Origin: Phoronis australis
Taxonomy: Eukaryota > Animalia > Phoronida
Length of the DNA stretch: 64,000 bases
Direction of reading: 5' to 3'
NCBI GenBank assembly: GCA_002633005.1
Contig: NMRA01000709.1
Span: 119,380 to 183,379 of the forward strand
Shown here one piece after another: positions 1 to 13,100 of the stretch. Below the pieces are notes generated by a model. The model made no database searches. It was not told the DNA's origin and was given only the letters and a program-made list of their open reading frames with translations. Positions within the stretch are counted from its first letter, which is position 1. Each line of letters opens with the position of its first letter. Made by a program: the position numbers and the translations under genes.

Positions 1-893
1 CCGCCGGAACGGGATACAAAGTGTTATTTTCGTTAATGCAAATGTATAAGTTGCCGTGGTGTATTCCAATTTGTTTTGACAATTTCATGTTTTATTTTTG
101 TTAAAAAGTTTTATTTTGACCGACTCGAGTTTTGCAGTTCAAGAGAGAAGTGGTCATGTGGCAGATTCTGAATGATCTGATTGGTCCAAGCCATTGTTTA
201 CGAATTCTGCTTGCCTATTTTGAGTGTTCTTGTAGTCATTTCTTTTGCCACATAAATTGTTCTACACCAGCGTGGCTTATGAACAATTATGATCTCCTGT
301 ATGTGCTGTTTTAAACTGAAAAGTTTGGCTCACTTATGATTATGATTGATGTGTTCTATAGTTTAAGGTATGTTGTTTTTGACTTTATTTTTTCGATGCT
401 AATAGTTGGGGTATGAGCCACAGGTTTTCGTCTTAACTTTTTCCATTGCGTTGGAATTAAATTTTTTGTTATAATTAAATATGTATGCATTTCAGGCTTT
501 CCAGATAATCTGGGTGTATTTTCAAAATTTTTTCATGATTTTGTATCGTAATTATAACAACGTAAAATAATGAAAATAATTTTATAGGTCTCCCTGCAGC
601 AAATCAAGAATAACCTTCTGTCACTCACAGTGCAAATTTTGCATCATTATCTTTATTATTTTAATTTTAAAAAAATATCTTTTGTTGCATCTAAGTGCCT
701 TCATAATTGTTGCTGAAATAGGTGTCAGGTACTGCTTAAAATGAGTGCATTTTGCCAACACGACACAGTTACAGGGTATCTTGTGATAATAATGTTTACT
801 TTGGATGTGTTGAGGTATGGTTGTTTAGATTGCAATGTGTTTTTGGGGCAGTAAAAATTTTCCTCTTTTTTTCATGGGTCATTCCAAGCCCTG
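1..893. mobile_element. Non-autonomous hAT-like DNA transposon (6-bp-TSD family), left part outside window
   Basis: Ends ...CATGGGTCATTCCAAGCCCTG at 893; whole stretch is the reverse complement of ~49699-50545, which starts CAGGGCTTGGAATGACCCATG. Confidence 0.8.
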
Positions 894-1451
894 ATACAAC
901 TACCCCAGTTGCCCTGTGTAAGTAAACACAGCTTAAAATCCTAGAAGCACACGTTTTAACCTTTGTTAAATTGTTAGAAGAAGTTACAAGTATCCAAGCA
1001 GCACCTATCCCATAACCAATTCATAATTTCTAGTCGAAGAAAGTTTAAATAAATGCGTCACTCGTGATTCTGACCTGAAGAACACTACGCCACTTTGAAC
1101 TTACCGCGAAACCGGATGTAGAATTCATTCAGGAACCAAGGCTTAAGAGCGCCGACTGTGCAACAAGAGCAGTGTCTGTTACCTGCCGAATGCTGACATT
1201 TACGTTAATAAAACCAAAGTAAAGACAATTTGTTTTGAAATTGGTGACGAAATGTGGCAAAACATTTTTTGACAATTTATTTTGCCAGACTCGAACCTGC
1301 AGCCGATGACCAGTGTGCAGACCGACCAGCACTGGCAAAAGGTGAAGGCTGCCGTCCCGCCTGTTTTATTGGAATAATTGGTTCAAATCATAAATGCTGT
1401 ATATATACAATGATAGTTTCAGACACTAGAATGCAATTACAGACTACAGTA

Positions 1452-4029
1452 CAGCCACTGAACTATTAGATTTCGTCCTGTCTGCCTCAGGGTTATCCAG
1501 ACAGGAGCGTAAGCGGAACGCAGGCGTGAGCGAAATCAGTCACGGTCTTCTCGACACGCTTACTCTCCAGGTAGCCGTCACGCTTATCTCCGGTTTGGTT
1601 AATGCCTTCTTCACGCTTTCCTCACACTTCCATCACGCTTTCTTCACACCTTTGGTAGATGTTGTAAACATGATGGTGCGCCGGACTAGTACGAATACAT
1701 GTGACATCTAGATCTCCGTGTCGTTTCGGTTGAGTAATCATCTTTCAACACTGGCTTCAGACTCACTCCGTGTTGGTCAAACAAAAGTAATCCTTAAGCT
1801 CGTCTGGCATTACACTTATGTTTTCCAATTTATGTCTAAAAAGACTCTCTCATCAACTACTTAACCGTGTTTGGTAAGTAACGGTGAACAAACGCACCCT
1901 GAGTTCACAACCATGTTTACATTGCTGTGGACTCCGTGTAACTTGTCACTGCTGGATATTGTTAATTTACCCTAAAAATAGCCTATGTATCTTGATACAT
2001 GTGTATGTGTTGTCACTCTGTAGATTTTTGCACTGTACTCGAGAACAGAAAAGTTCAATAGACCTCCCTGTGTGGGTGATGGCACCTTTCATCCCCATCC
2101 CCTACTTCAAGTGCATGTTAAGTCCCCAACACCTAGTGCGGTTTAATTAGTTGTAACCCCATCCGTTTAGTATTTTCTTCAGTAAATTATTAATATCAGT
2201 CACTTGTTTGACTTGTCAAATGCATGGTCTTGGATCAGTTTTCACCGCATGATGCGGGAATTTGGGATAAATGCTCGCAGAATTCAGGTGCTACGCTTTG
2301 CCGTGTAAGAATTACCAATGAATACGAATACCAGATTTTCAAACCAAAACATAAAGCCAGAAATGCCTGAGGGTTGTTCCAGCAAAATCTGTGTGGGGGT
2401 GGGCTGTTGAATTAAAATTTTATGGGTGGTTGTCTTTAAAAAAGAATTTAAATTATGGGTGGTCCATCTTCAAAGAAGTAAATCATTAAAAGTGGGTGGT
2501 CTTTTTGTCATGTAAATGTTGGCAGTTGGGTATTTTCAGCCTAACACAGACCTCAATGCCCTCTAAAAAACTCACAAAAAATTTACTTGACAGATACCCA
2601 AAAATACCTCATAGCAAGCCCATGTTGCTAGTGTACAGAGTGCAACATGTACACTACCATTACTCAAGTCATGGGCAAGTAACTTGATTATAGGGACATG
2701 TCGTAGTCATATGAGAATGAAAATTACTGTAACACTAAAGTGGTGTTCACACATCTAAGAAAACTGAGACTTTTAATAAAAAATTTGAGGATTCATACAG
2801 ACAAGTTCTAATACTCACTTGGCATAGCAGCCTGAAAGCATTCATGGAGACACTTTCAGATTCATAGAATTGTGTTATTGAAAATTTTATCGAATTTACA
2901 GACACATGGTAGACAGAGACACCTGGTGGTTGTCTAAAATATTGCTGACAGGTGTCTTTGAAAAGCAAGTTTCTGGTAACTGACACTTCAGGAAACAGAC
3001 CTGTGGACTCTAGTTTTCACTTATATATAATTATTTGTTTTTATATAAACTAATAAAGAATCTTAACACGCGTGTACATGGCAGAAATATTCAATTGCCT
3101 TCACGATATGAAGGACCATAGCATGTCAATTCTGAGCACATTGATCCCAAGTTCCGGCTTCATGCAGAGAAAACTGATCGTGCCCATGCATTTGACGAGT
3201 CAAACAGATCACTGCTATTATTATTTTAGTGAAGAAGTACCCCGGGGATACTGTGAACTCAGTCGAAACGCATGTACTACGGGGAGGGGGCTACAAATAA
3301 TTAAACTGCACTACGAATTGAGGACGTTTTAGTCAAAACATGCTTGCAGTAAGGGATGGGTATGGGTATGTCAGAATGGCGGCCTATTGAAATTTTCGTA
3401 CGCCAGTGCGGTGCAAAAATTTACGGAGTGACACAATACTTCACAAGATGCGTAGGCTATTTTTACGGCAAATTAACTATATCCAGCTGTGACAAGTTTC
3501 AAGGATTCCACAGCCATGTAAAGACGACTCTGGACACAGGGTCGCGTGTATTCTTATTTACTAACCGTGGTTACTGTACTTGTATGTCGTTGATGGGACT
3601 GGGTATTAAGTCGAAAATAGAAATATGTACATGTAACCCTAACACAAGATGAGCTGAAGGAAGACGTGTGTATGAACAACACGTGGAATTACAAAGTTAG
3701 TCAGAACCCAAGTGTGATAGATGACTGCTTGCAAAGATACTCTATAATATAGTATAATGTCTTCGCAACTTGTCCGAAATGACAGGCAATCAAGACTTTA
3801 CATGTATTTTCATTGATTAGCCCGGTGCCCTAACATGGTTACCACAGGTACCGAAGGCGTGAAGAAAACCTGAGGAAAGCGTGAACTAAACCAGAGGTAA
3901 GCGTGAGGACTACCCGGAGAGTAGGCGTGAGGCGACCATGACTGATTTCTGTCACGCCTGTGTTCCGGTTGCGCTCCAGTCTGGGCAGGCGTGAGGTAGC
4001 CCGGAGGAAGTCTAAAAATTCAGTGGCTG
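1452..4029. mobile_element. Non-autonomous TIR DNA transposon with ~200-bp imperfect TIRs, TA-flanked
   Basis: TA|CAGCCACTGAA...TTCAGTGGCTG|TA; subterminal sequences are reverse complements (GAAATCAGTCACGGTC vs GACCATGACTGATTTC; TACTCTCCAGGTAG vs CTACCCGGAGAGTA). No recognisable transposase. Confidence 0.7.
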
Positions 4030-4313
4030 TACCGTACTACAGGTTACTTACCGTATTCGCCCTAATATGCGCCAAGAGCGCATAGAAAAATTTGCTTCAG
4101 GAGGGGGGCCGCTTATTATAGCCTTAAAGTGGTTGAAATCTGGTCTCTGAAACAGGTGAGATCATAAGCTAGAATTCATCAAATTTACGCTCTGTGACGC
4201 TTCTGTAACCTATGACAGAGTTTCTACAAAGTTGTAGTCCATTCCTATCAAACTTTGTTGTTAAATTACGAGCATTTTTCAGAAAATGCCAGTGCAAAAA
4301 CTCGCCAACAGAT

Positions 4314-5306
4314 CAGGGCTTCATCTAGGATTTCGAACATAGGGTGTCCAAAATGGGGTTCCCAATATTCCAGGGCGTCCATGATTCCAACGCCGCATTA
4401 CCCCCCTCTCCCCACCCCATTCACCAGTAACCCCCCCTCCCAACACACACAGTGAGGTTTTTTACAATTAAAAAATGCGTTGAACAAGGCTTTTACACCT
4501 AAGTTTAAAAAAACAGCTCCCTTGTATTGGGCTTTTTTAAGTACTAAAATACTGTTGATCAAGACTTTTATGTTTAAATTTACGAAAACAGCCAAATAGC
4601 TTACCAAACGGGTATTACAGATATAACAGATATTGGTTGAACGATGAGTGCACTGTTTTTGGTCATCTCAAGTCAAATTCTGTTATAAAGTTTCTTATAT
4701 CAACTTCACTAGCTTTATATTCTGTACAATGAGTCATCAAAGCTGCAGTTACCAACAAAAGGAAAATGCACAGATGATGTTGGTTTATATTTTGACAACA
4801 GGTGTCACTGCTGCTCCATTTTAGACGCACATAGAAAAGCATGAAACAGGCGAAAACTCAAACATTTTAAATGGGGATATTCGTGCGGCACATCATATTA
4901 TTAAAATAATGACATTTATTTTGCTTTTGGTATTTTTAAAAAAAGATGAAGTACATGAAATTACAGCTCTGAAACACCAGTTTGGAGTTAAGCAAGGTCC
5001 ATGTCCCTATATAAAGTACAGAATGGCAGTGGCATGTGAGTCTATTGAAAGCAGACACTCTGGCAACCAACCACGTGCTAAGGATTGACAGGCCTACCAA
5101 ATAGGTTGAAAATAGTTTGAATATTGCAACATTTTAAATACTTTGGGCCAACTTCCCTCTTTGATTAACTGGGAGTCTTAGTAATATTTCAATGTGGGTG
5201 TCCAAACTGGAGAGATTCTAATTGACAGGGCGTCCAAATGATACATTGGGCGTCCTTGCCAGGGCGTCTACATTAGTGCTAGGGACGTACGCTGCATGAA
5301 GGCCTG
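4314..5306. mobile_element. Non-autonomous hAT element with 8-bp TSD
   Basis: TIR CAGGGCTTCAT / ATGAAGGCCTG; perfect TSD CAACAGAT at 4306-4313 and 5307-5314; subterminal GGGCGTCC repeats. Confidence 0.85.
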
Positions 5307-6045
5307 CAACAGATGCGGCGCTGCCTCGCGATCGTTGATAGGTCAACTTGAATTCTTCAGTAAAAATATAGTTTCGACTCAACAAATAACCTGAAGGCCT
5401 CCTTAAGTTTTCAAAGTAATGTCTCTAAGATTTAAGTTTCTGTGGAGTCTGGATTAACTGCATCATTAAGTACAAATCTGCACTAGATCGTACTCCACAA
5501 CATGAGAAAAATCTCTGGACGAATACTCATGTTGTTGTCATGTGATGTTAGTTTTGAAGTTCGTCTGCGTAGTGTATTAGTGAGCGAGCGCATGCGTGTC
5601 ATCAGAGTTCATTTGCCAGTGAGAGTAAACGCGATGTAGCGATCTAGGTGTGCATTGTAAAGCAGGAAATTAACGCAGGCAGTTAAGCAGAACGTGTTTT
5701 ATTTAGTACTTGTTGATCTCATCTGCTAAAAAACGTTCAAGGCGATTTTTTCTCAAATGAGATTATCTTATTTATTCTCAAAGTGTGCGGAAGGGTTCCG
5801 CCCTTTTTTATATCCACTTAGGGCCATAAAAATGGTATGAAACAAATCTATACCTTACCCTAAACATGTTTACAATGTTACATTTTTATTTCCTCAATTA
5901 GCATTTTCTTAATTAGAAGTTCAATTTTTGCCATGCGGAATATTACGCACTGACTGCGGAATATTCCGTGGATTTTGCGGAATATTACGCAGATTTTGCG
6001 GAATATTACGCACTTGAAGAATACTGCGCACGTTTTGTGGACTAC

Positions 6046-8229
6046 CAGGACTCGATGCTATTAAAATCGCCAGGTCGCATTTTGCGACCTAGCCAAAATC
6101 CCAGGTCGCATTTTCAAAATCCAGCTCGCATTCGTAAATGCCAGGTTGCAAAATTTTCCCGCCATTTTTACACGCCAAAATAGATTTTTTAGATCATCGA
6201 GAAAATGTTTAGATTATGCTCTTACCTGCAGCGTTAAATACTCACAAATTTCGGATCTCAAAATTGACTACATTCATGCAGGTACGGCCTTACTGTTCTT
6301 CACGAACGCCATTGAAAGACTCTAGAGCGCAAGGAAAGTTGCCGACGTGAAAGTTGAATCCGTGCTCTCTAATTGACTTGTGCATTCGAGTAGCTAAATT
6401 TGCGATGTGAAATGGGAGAAAATGCCCGTTGAAAACGTTTCCGGGATTTTGTTAGATCTGGCCTGCTACTGGCTGTCATCAAAGTCGTTAATGATTCAAA
6501 CTAACTCGGGTAATGGCGAGTTTGCTTCTCAATACCTTCCAAGTACGGGAAAAATAGGTCAGTCACAAAACGACACGCATGTCACTTGTGTTAACTTTCT
6601 TTCCGAGAGATAAAACAAAGCCGGGATTTGGCTTTTACATATTGTGAAAAGACGTTTTTGAAAACTGAAGTTGTGTAAAATGAAAGTGACACACCACATA
6701 AGCTGCGTGTCAATTTTAAACCCCACGCGGTCGTTTGTAGTACGCTATGATGGGCGCTAGCTTGAACTGTGGGCGCTTAATTGGAAATTTTCAACCTTTA
6801 AGAGGGGACTTTTAATAGATCAGTGAGCGCTTATTATGAAACACTTTAAAGGTAGAGAGTGGGCTTGTGTGTGAGCATAGTCGTTAACCTCAGTGTTTGC
6901 GGTAATAAAATATTAAAACGCTGCAATGGTAAGAAACGTTATAATAATACGATTTTGCGAGGCAAACTCTATCTAGTGGGGTGACTTTCTGGATATCATT
7001 ACCACCTACATTGTACCCTTTTTAGCCACCCGGAATGGTTTTGTTTTTAACTGCCCGCTTCAGCCGGAACAAGGTTGTTTCTATAGGAGTCTGAACATTT
7101 TACGGCGACGGTGGTTCGGGGAGCGAAAAGTTGCCGGGGGGTGTATGAAAAGAAGAATGGAAAGTTCGCTAACTTGAACCACAATTTCGCATCTAGTGCC
7201 AGTTTAGTTGCAATAGCTGACTACGGGCATAGAATACAGGGTTTACAGAACATCGACTTCGGGAAACATCGGAACAAGAAAACGTCAATTCTGGGTTATA
7301 TCGGTCGCGGGATATCGGGTCTTTTATAACCGCTGGGAATCTGAGTTCATTTTCAAATAAACCAGAGCCAAGCCGGTATACTCTTTCATTTAGGACTGTC
7401 GCTGTTCTTTGAAGTTGTGTGCACGCGTGAGTTCACGCACTTGAATCGCTGGAGTAGGCCTATACTTTACGTTGGCAACAACGTGTGAAAGACAAATCAT
7501 ATTTCACGCACGTAGCCCCAGAAACAAGTAAAGGGTTTGAGAATTTCTTGGCAACTGAAAGTAAAGACGTGACCATCGTTTGGCGATTAATAAGGTTGTC
7601 ATTTTCACTTTGGCTGTCTTAATACGATAAAAAGGAGAAGCACATCTCAGTCTAAGTCACGATTGTCTGAAGGGACTGCTTGCGCACTAACGGTGCCGCA
7701 TTGCGATATCAGGGATATTGTCGTGGATATTTGATACATGTAATAAGGACATCTTATGTGAAAATAAACATTTTTGTCCACCACAAAGTTTGGTAAGTTG
7801 ATCGCTTAAGGATTAGTAGAAACACTGTCGTTTTGTGAAGTTTTATCACGTGTTAAGCAGTGGCCCGAAACTTTCTTCGGCGAATCCGGGAATTTACAAA
7901 AGTGGCCGAAAGTGTTAGCCAATGAAACGCTTCAAAGATCGATTCTGCATATCCCATGTTCACGCGACTTGCTTACAAGTCATCGGGAGGGCTGTTCTCG
8001 GTTAGTGTTCCTTTGAACTTGGATTAGGCAACAACCGAATAACGGTTGGATTAACAAGAGCTGCTTTGTATTTGCCAGGTATCTGTTGAGAACTGTAAAA
8101 ATTCAGCCCGCATTCGTTGGAAATTCCAGGTCGCATTTTGCGACTTGATACGAGCTGACAAAAATCTCAGCTCGCATTTCCAAATTTCAGGTCGCAAATG
8201 CGACATGCAGCTCGTTATGTCGAGCCCTG
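6046..8229. mobile_element. Non-autonomous hAT-like element with 5-bp TSD, copy 1
   Basis: CAGGACTCGA...TCGAGCCCTG; TSD ACTAC (6041-6045, 8230-8234); empty site visible in the opposite foldback arm near 15020-15040; GGTCGCATTT subterminal repeats; other copies at 23560, 45779 and a fragment at ~55268-55378. Confidence 0.85.
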
Positions 8230-9959
8230 ACTACTGTGACTTGCGAAATATTATGTTTATTTTGTGGAATAATAATCAAAATAATTTATTTTTAAAAATC
8301 AATGTGACAGTTCCAGAAGCGTTCCACAAACAGAAAAGTTTAGCACAGGACTAAAATGTGACAGTTGTGGAACCGTTACGCATGCGAAACTGTTCCGCAT
8401 GGGGAGCGATTTCCCTAACAGAATGGTTTTGCTGGGTATTTGGTTTCATCAATTAACTTAAAATACATTCCATTATCAATGCCACTTGAAAGTGTCGATG
8501 TGACACTCCTAACAGTAATTAGTTGATCAACGTGACTGTTGCGGAACCGTTCCGCAAACAATACTTTTGTGATCCTCACAATTTTTAAAAAAATTTTCTT
8601 GTACATTTCAGTTGAAATATATTCTGTTCTCAATAGCATATGAGATAATCATTGTGTCAACATGAACAATGATTAATCAGTGGGGAACTTGCTGAATGAT
8701 TTGTGATGCTGAAACTACCTCAAGCAGACTTGTGGAAATTTAACATCTTGTCTATGCCATTTTACTGCTTTTGGTTGAACCTTAACACAAGCCACGAAAT
8801 ATTCGAATCTTAACATGCAACAAGCATTAAACATTAAAGTATCAGAATTTCTACCCCAACAATAATTAATTAATAAAAGTGGCAGTTGCGGAGCCGTTCT
8901 GCATGCGGAAACGTTCCGCATTCGGAATTGTTCCACATGGGGAGCGATTTCCCAAACAAAATGGTTTTGCGGGGTATTTGTTTTCACCAATCAACTTAAA
9001 ATGCATTCCATTCCCATGCCACTTGAAAGTATCAATGTGACTATCCTAACAATAATTAGTTGATCAATGCGACAGAACCGCATGCGGAACGGTTCTGCAA
9101 ACAATAGCTTTGAGGAGCTCTCAATCGTTTAAAATTTTTTCTTGCACATTTAAGTTGAAATGTATTCTATGTCAATAACACATGAAAATATCAATGTGTC
9201 AGCACGAACAATGATTAATCAGTGGGGAACTTGCTGAATGATTTGTGATGCAGAAACCTACCTCAAGACATTTTGTCTATGGCATTTAAGTGCTTGTGGT
9301 AGAATTTAACACAAGCCAGGAAATATTCAAATCTTAGTGTGCAACAAGTATGAACATGAATGTATCAGAATTTCTACCCTAACAATAATTATTTAATAAA
9401 TGTGACAGTTGCGGAACGGATCCGCATGCAAAACCATTCCGCATGGGGAGCGATTTCCAGAACAATGGTTTTGCAATGTATTTTTTTGTCCAAACATCTG
9501 ATAATGCATTTCGTTATCAATGCCACGTGAAAGTATCAATGTGACAATCCTTAACGTGCAACAAGCATAAACATGAATAGCGACAGTCCTAAGTAACAGA
9601 AACGGGCGAGACTATATACTTTTAACCATTGTCTCATTTCTCTGGCCTGATTTTTTCGAATATATGTTTTATCAAGTGCACTGCAGACGACAACTCAGCG
9701 CGGCAGACGAAGTCGCTGAAAGCGGAGGTTTTGACGCCGGCGGCGTTCTTAAACTTTGCAAACATGGGAAGAAAATAAAGTGAGAAAAACGTTCAAGTAT
9801 TATATTTTGAAGTGAGTCCATGACCCAAGACAATAACTCGTTACTTGTATAACTGCAATTCACATTGCTAAACCACCGTCTCGGAGGCCCGGCGTCGTTG
9901 CGCTCATTGTGATCATCGATCTTTTTCTAAAAGTCGGGGAATCGCGCGTTTCCTTAGCA

Positions 9960-10148
9960 CTGGGCGCTAAATCGTCATTCTTTAAAAGTCGGGGATGGGC
10001 GCTTAACCGAGAGGTGGGCGCTTAACTGGAAATCTTCAAAAATCGCAGGGGGGCGCTTAACCGAGCAGTGGGCGGTTAAATCGAAAATCCACCTCAAGTA
10101 GGGGGTGGGCGGTTAATTGAGCATGGGCGTTAACCCGAACGTTTACGG
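9960..10148. mobile_element. End of a TA-TSD MITE with GGGCGCTTAA subterminal repeats
   Basis: Repeated TGGGCGCTTAA/GGGCGGTTAA motifs ending GGGCGTTAACCCGAACGTTTACGG|TA; similar end at ~56265-56438. Confidence 0.5.
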
Positions 10149-13100
10149 TATACAACGCTGTCAAAATTCTTTTGAAAATCGAAGCTCATTACCCATGCTT
10201 TTTGAATACCACACAATTCCATATCCATAGGGGTATAATATTTTTTCATTTCCAGAGCCCAACAGTCTCAGTTTTCTCTACCATTTAAATAGTAGCTATA
10301 GCAGTAGTTGCTACATGTTTTTATTGTTCTAATTACTGTTAGTAATAGCAGAATTACCAGGTGTTATTATTGTTGGTGTTATTATTATTGGTATTTTTAT
10401 TATATTTGTTATTACCATTTTCAAATTATGTGTGTGAATGACTGTAAGAGTGAGTGAGTGAAATTTCTCAAATTTTGTTTACTTAAGACGGACTACAAGA
10501 ACTGGCAACGATACCCAACACTACCTTCACTAATTCTGGTGATAACATTAATGAGAGTGAAAAAACTAACATTCAAGTGACAAATGAACTACTTGCCTGT
10601 TGTGAAACTGATTGATGCTGACGAATCTAGACTTTCATATGGATCCGATATGCAGTTCAGCAGTTATATCTAATGGTGGTTGACCATCCCCATTTCATTT
10701 CAAAACCAGTACTATCCCCATAGTGGTATCCAGTTATGTAATCGAATTACAAAGGTAGCTAGCTCAGGCCAAGCCTCATAACATCAGTTAATACCCTGCA
10801 TTGTTGGCTTTGCCAGGTCTACTAAAGAACTGCTTGAGAATAGACCATCATTCATCAAGAGGGATAGTAAATTTAAGCAACTAATCAGATAATCCTAACA
10901 ATATGTTCATGCACACTGCTAGGTCATTGTTCATTTTTTCTTAGAACTTGACCATTTAATTCTAATACAATCACCTTAGAATTTAAGTATTTTAGGTGCA
11001 TAATAACTTATTAAACTTTAAGTTCATTCTAGGCTGGATTTTTCTCGGACATTTTTCATACCAGTGTAAGCAACTGTAGTACCCAAAACAGTGAACAAGT
11101 TTGTCACAAAGCACTGTATTCTCTAGATTCAATTCATATGTTATATTTGAGGATTCTTTTGGCCTGAAATTTGTTGTTCTGTCTTTGATAAATTTGTATT
11201 TTTTTCTTTGTTTGCACTTTTACCATCTTTAAACCTCTGCTTTACAGTATTGCTTTTCACCAGGTTTCTACACCTGGGTGTACAATCTGAAAATCTCTGA
11301 ATCAAAGTTTAACTGTTATAAACCAGTTGACACACTGGTTGACCTCCAAGCTGTACTGACCATTTATTGCTCTGTTTGCATCACATTACCAGAGGACAGC
11401 AGGAGGTTGGCAATTTAACTTCAGTGGCCAAGAAAGATTTCCCACACCTTGGCTAGAGTGATAGGTTCTCTATACATTGAAGTAAAGATTCTGCAATTTA
11501 TAACGCAATATGATGGAACAGTAAAATTTTATTTTGTCAAAATTTTCAACAAAAGTAAAAAAGAAGGAAACATTTACGTCATTACTTGTTAAACTGGAAA
11601 AATGGCTACTTTGGCAATTTTTTTTGTTCTGAATTGTGGAGTCTGCTGATATAACAAGGAGAACCCAAAACTATGTCAGCCGCATTTTTGCACATCCAAA
11701 CTTATTTAACAAGAACAATGTTTTACCATCCTTTAGGCTATTGAATCACGTGGTCATTCAAATGGAACTTTGCTATTTTTACTTTCTACTCATTCGTAAA
11801 TAAATTCTAAAACAAACAAAAGCGTAGACATTATATGTGTGTGCATGTTAATTCATTGTACACCAGCAAATTTTAATTCATTTACGATGAAATTTGTTTC
11901 GTTAGTTTATTCCCTTTAACTTTAACGTTTTCACATTCCCATCAATAGGACAAAATCATTGTGTGGTGAATTGAAGCTGTGGTTGTGAAATTTAGCATAT
12001 TTTTGCGAAAGTGAATTTTCTGTTTGAGCTAAGATACCTGTAGCTTGAAAACCAATACGGGGACTCTACTTTTTTGCTCATGTCATTGTACATACACAGG
12101 ATATTAATGAAAAAATTTTTAAAAATTAGGATTTTTCGATTAAATTTTTGCATAGAAGCCAAAATGCTCAATTGTGAGGTACCCAAAATCATGGAAAAAT
12201 GTGCTGTAACACTGATGTAAGAAAACCATTTAACCGGGAAATATTATTGAAGCTGCTGCAATATAAAATTGACATCCTGCAATGAAACGATACCATTTTC
12301 AAGAGGATTGCAAGTACTAATTTGATTAGAGATGAATTCTCACATTTTGCCCAAGGTACCCGTGTTCGCTCACATGGGGGAAAAACTAATGGGTGGCCCC
12401 CACTTTTTATTACAGATTTGTAGTACAAATTTTAAAATTAGCGCGTATGTGAACAACAACATGTTGATCAGCCTTTCAGTTTACTCACTATATAAACCAT
12501 TCTCAAAACAAAAGTTCACATTATTCAATCAGGTGACATAGGTGGAGAATAGACTCTACAGGTACACCTCAAATTGCATTGTGAGGGAAAAGACCTGAAA
12601 TCATAACAGTTGGAACTCAAATGAATCAATGTTTCTATTGAGATAGTGCTCAGCATGATTCAACAGCATATACATAGCTCCTTTGAGAGGAGACTGAGGG
12701 TGGCATTATCCTTGTCTAACACTTGAACACTAGAGAAATCTATAGTGCCACTAGTTGGCAATGAATGGATAAGAACAGCACTGTTTGTGTCTTTACAATG
12801 AGTCTTTGTTTACGTCTGCACTAATTTTAAAGTTCCTACTCATATTTTGTCCAAAAACAGTTGTGATTAGATTTGTAGCAGCCTAAAACCAAAATACAAA
12901 TTATAAAAACTTACAACAAGTCTATCAAAAATTAAAACTGCCGAGCCCCGTTATGTAAGTTATCTTACATAAAACCATGGTTTAGATTGACCACCTTTCT
13001 GGATTTTGGAAAATAACGACAGTTCCCACTGACACCTTTTTATTTCTGCTCCCCTGATTTTTCAGCTTTTGAAGAAATGCAAAATTGCCAAAATTTGTAT

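Noticed and set aside
1073-1135. CTGAAGA...CGAAAC as a hammerhead ribozyme
   Set aside because: No convincing stem II between the core motifs and no PLE context.
132-3652. Short ORFs as upstream host exons or separate genes
   Set aside because: They lie within repeats and lack recognisable domains or phase-consistent splice sites.
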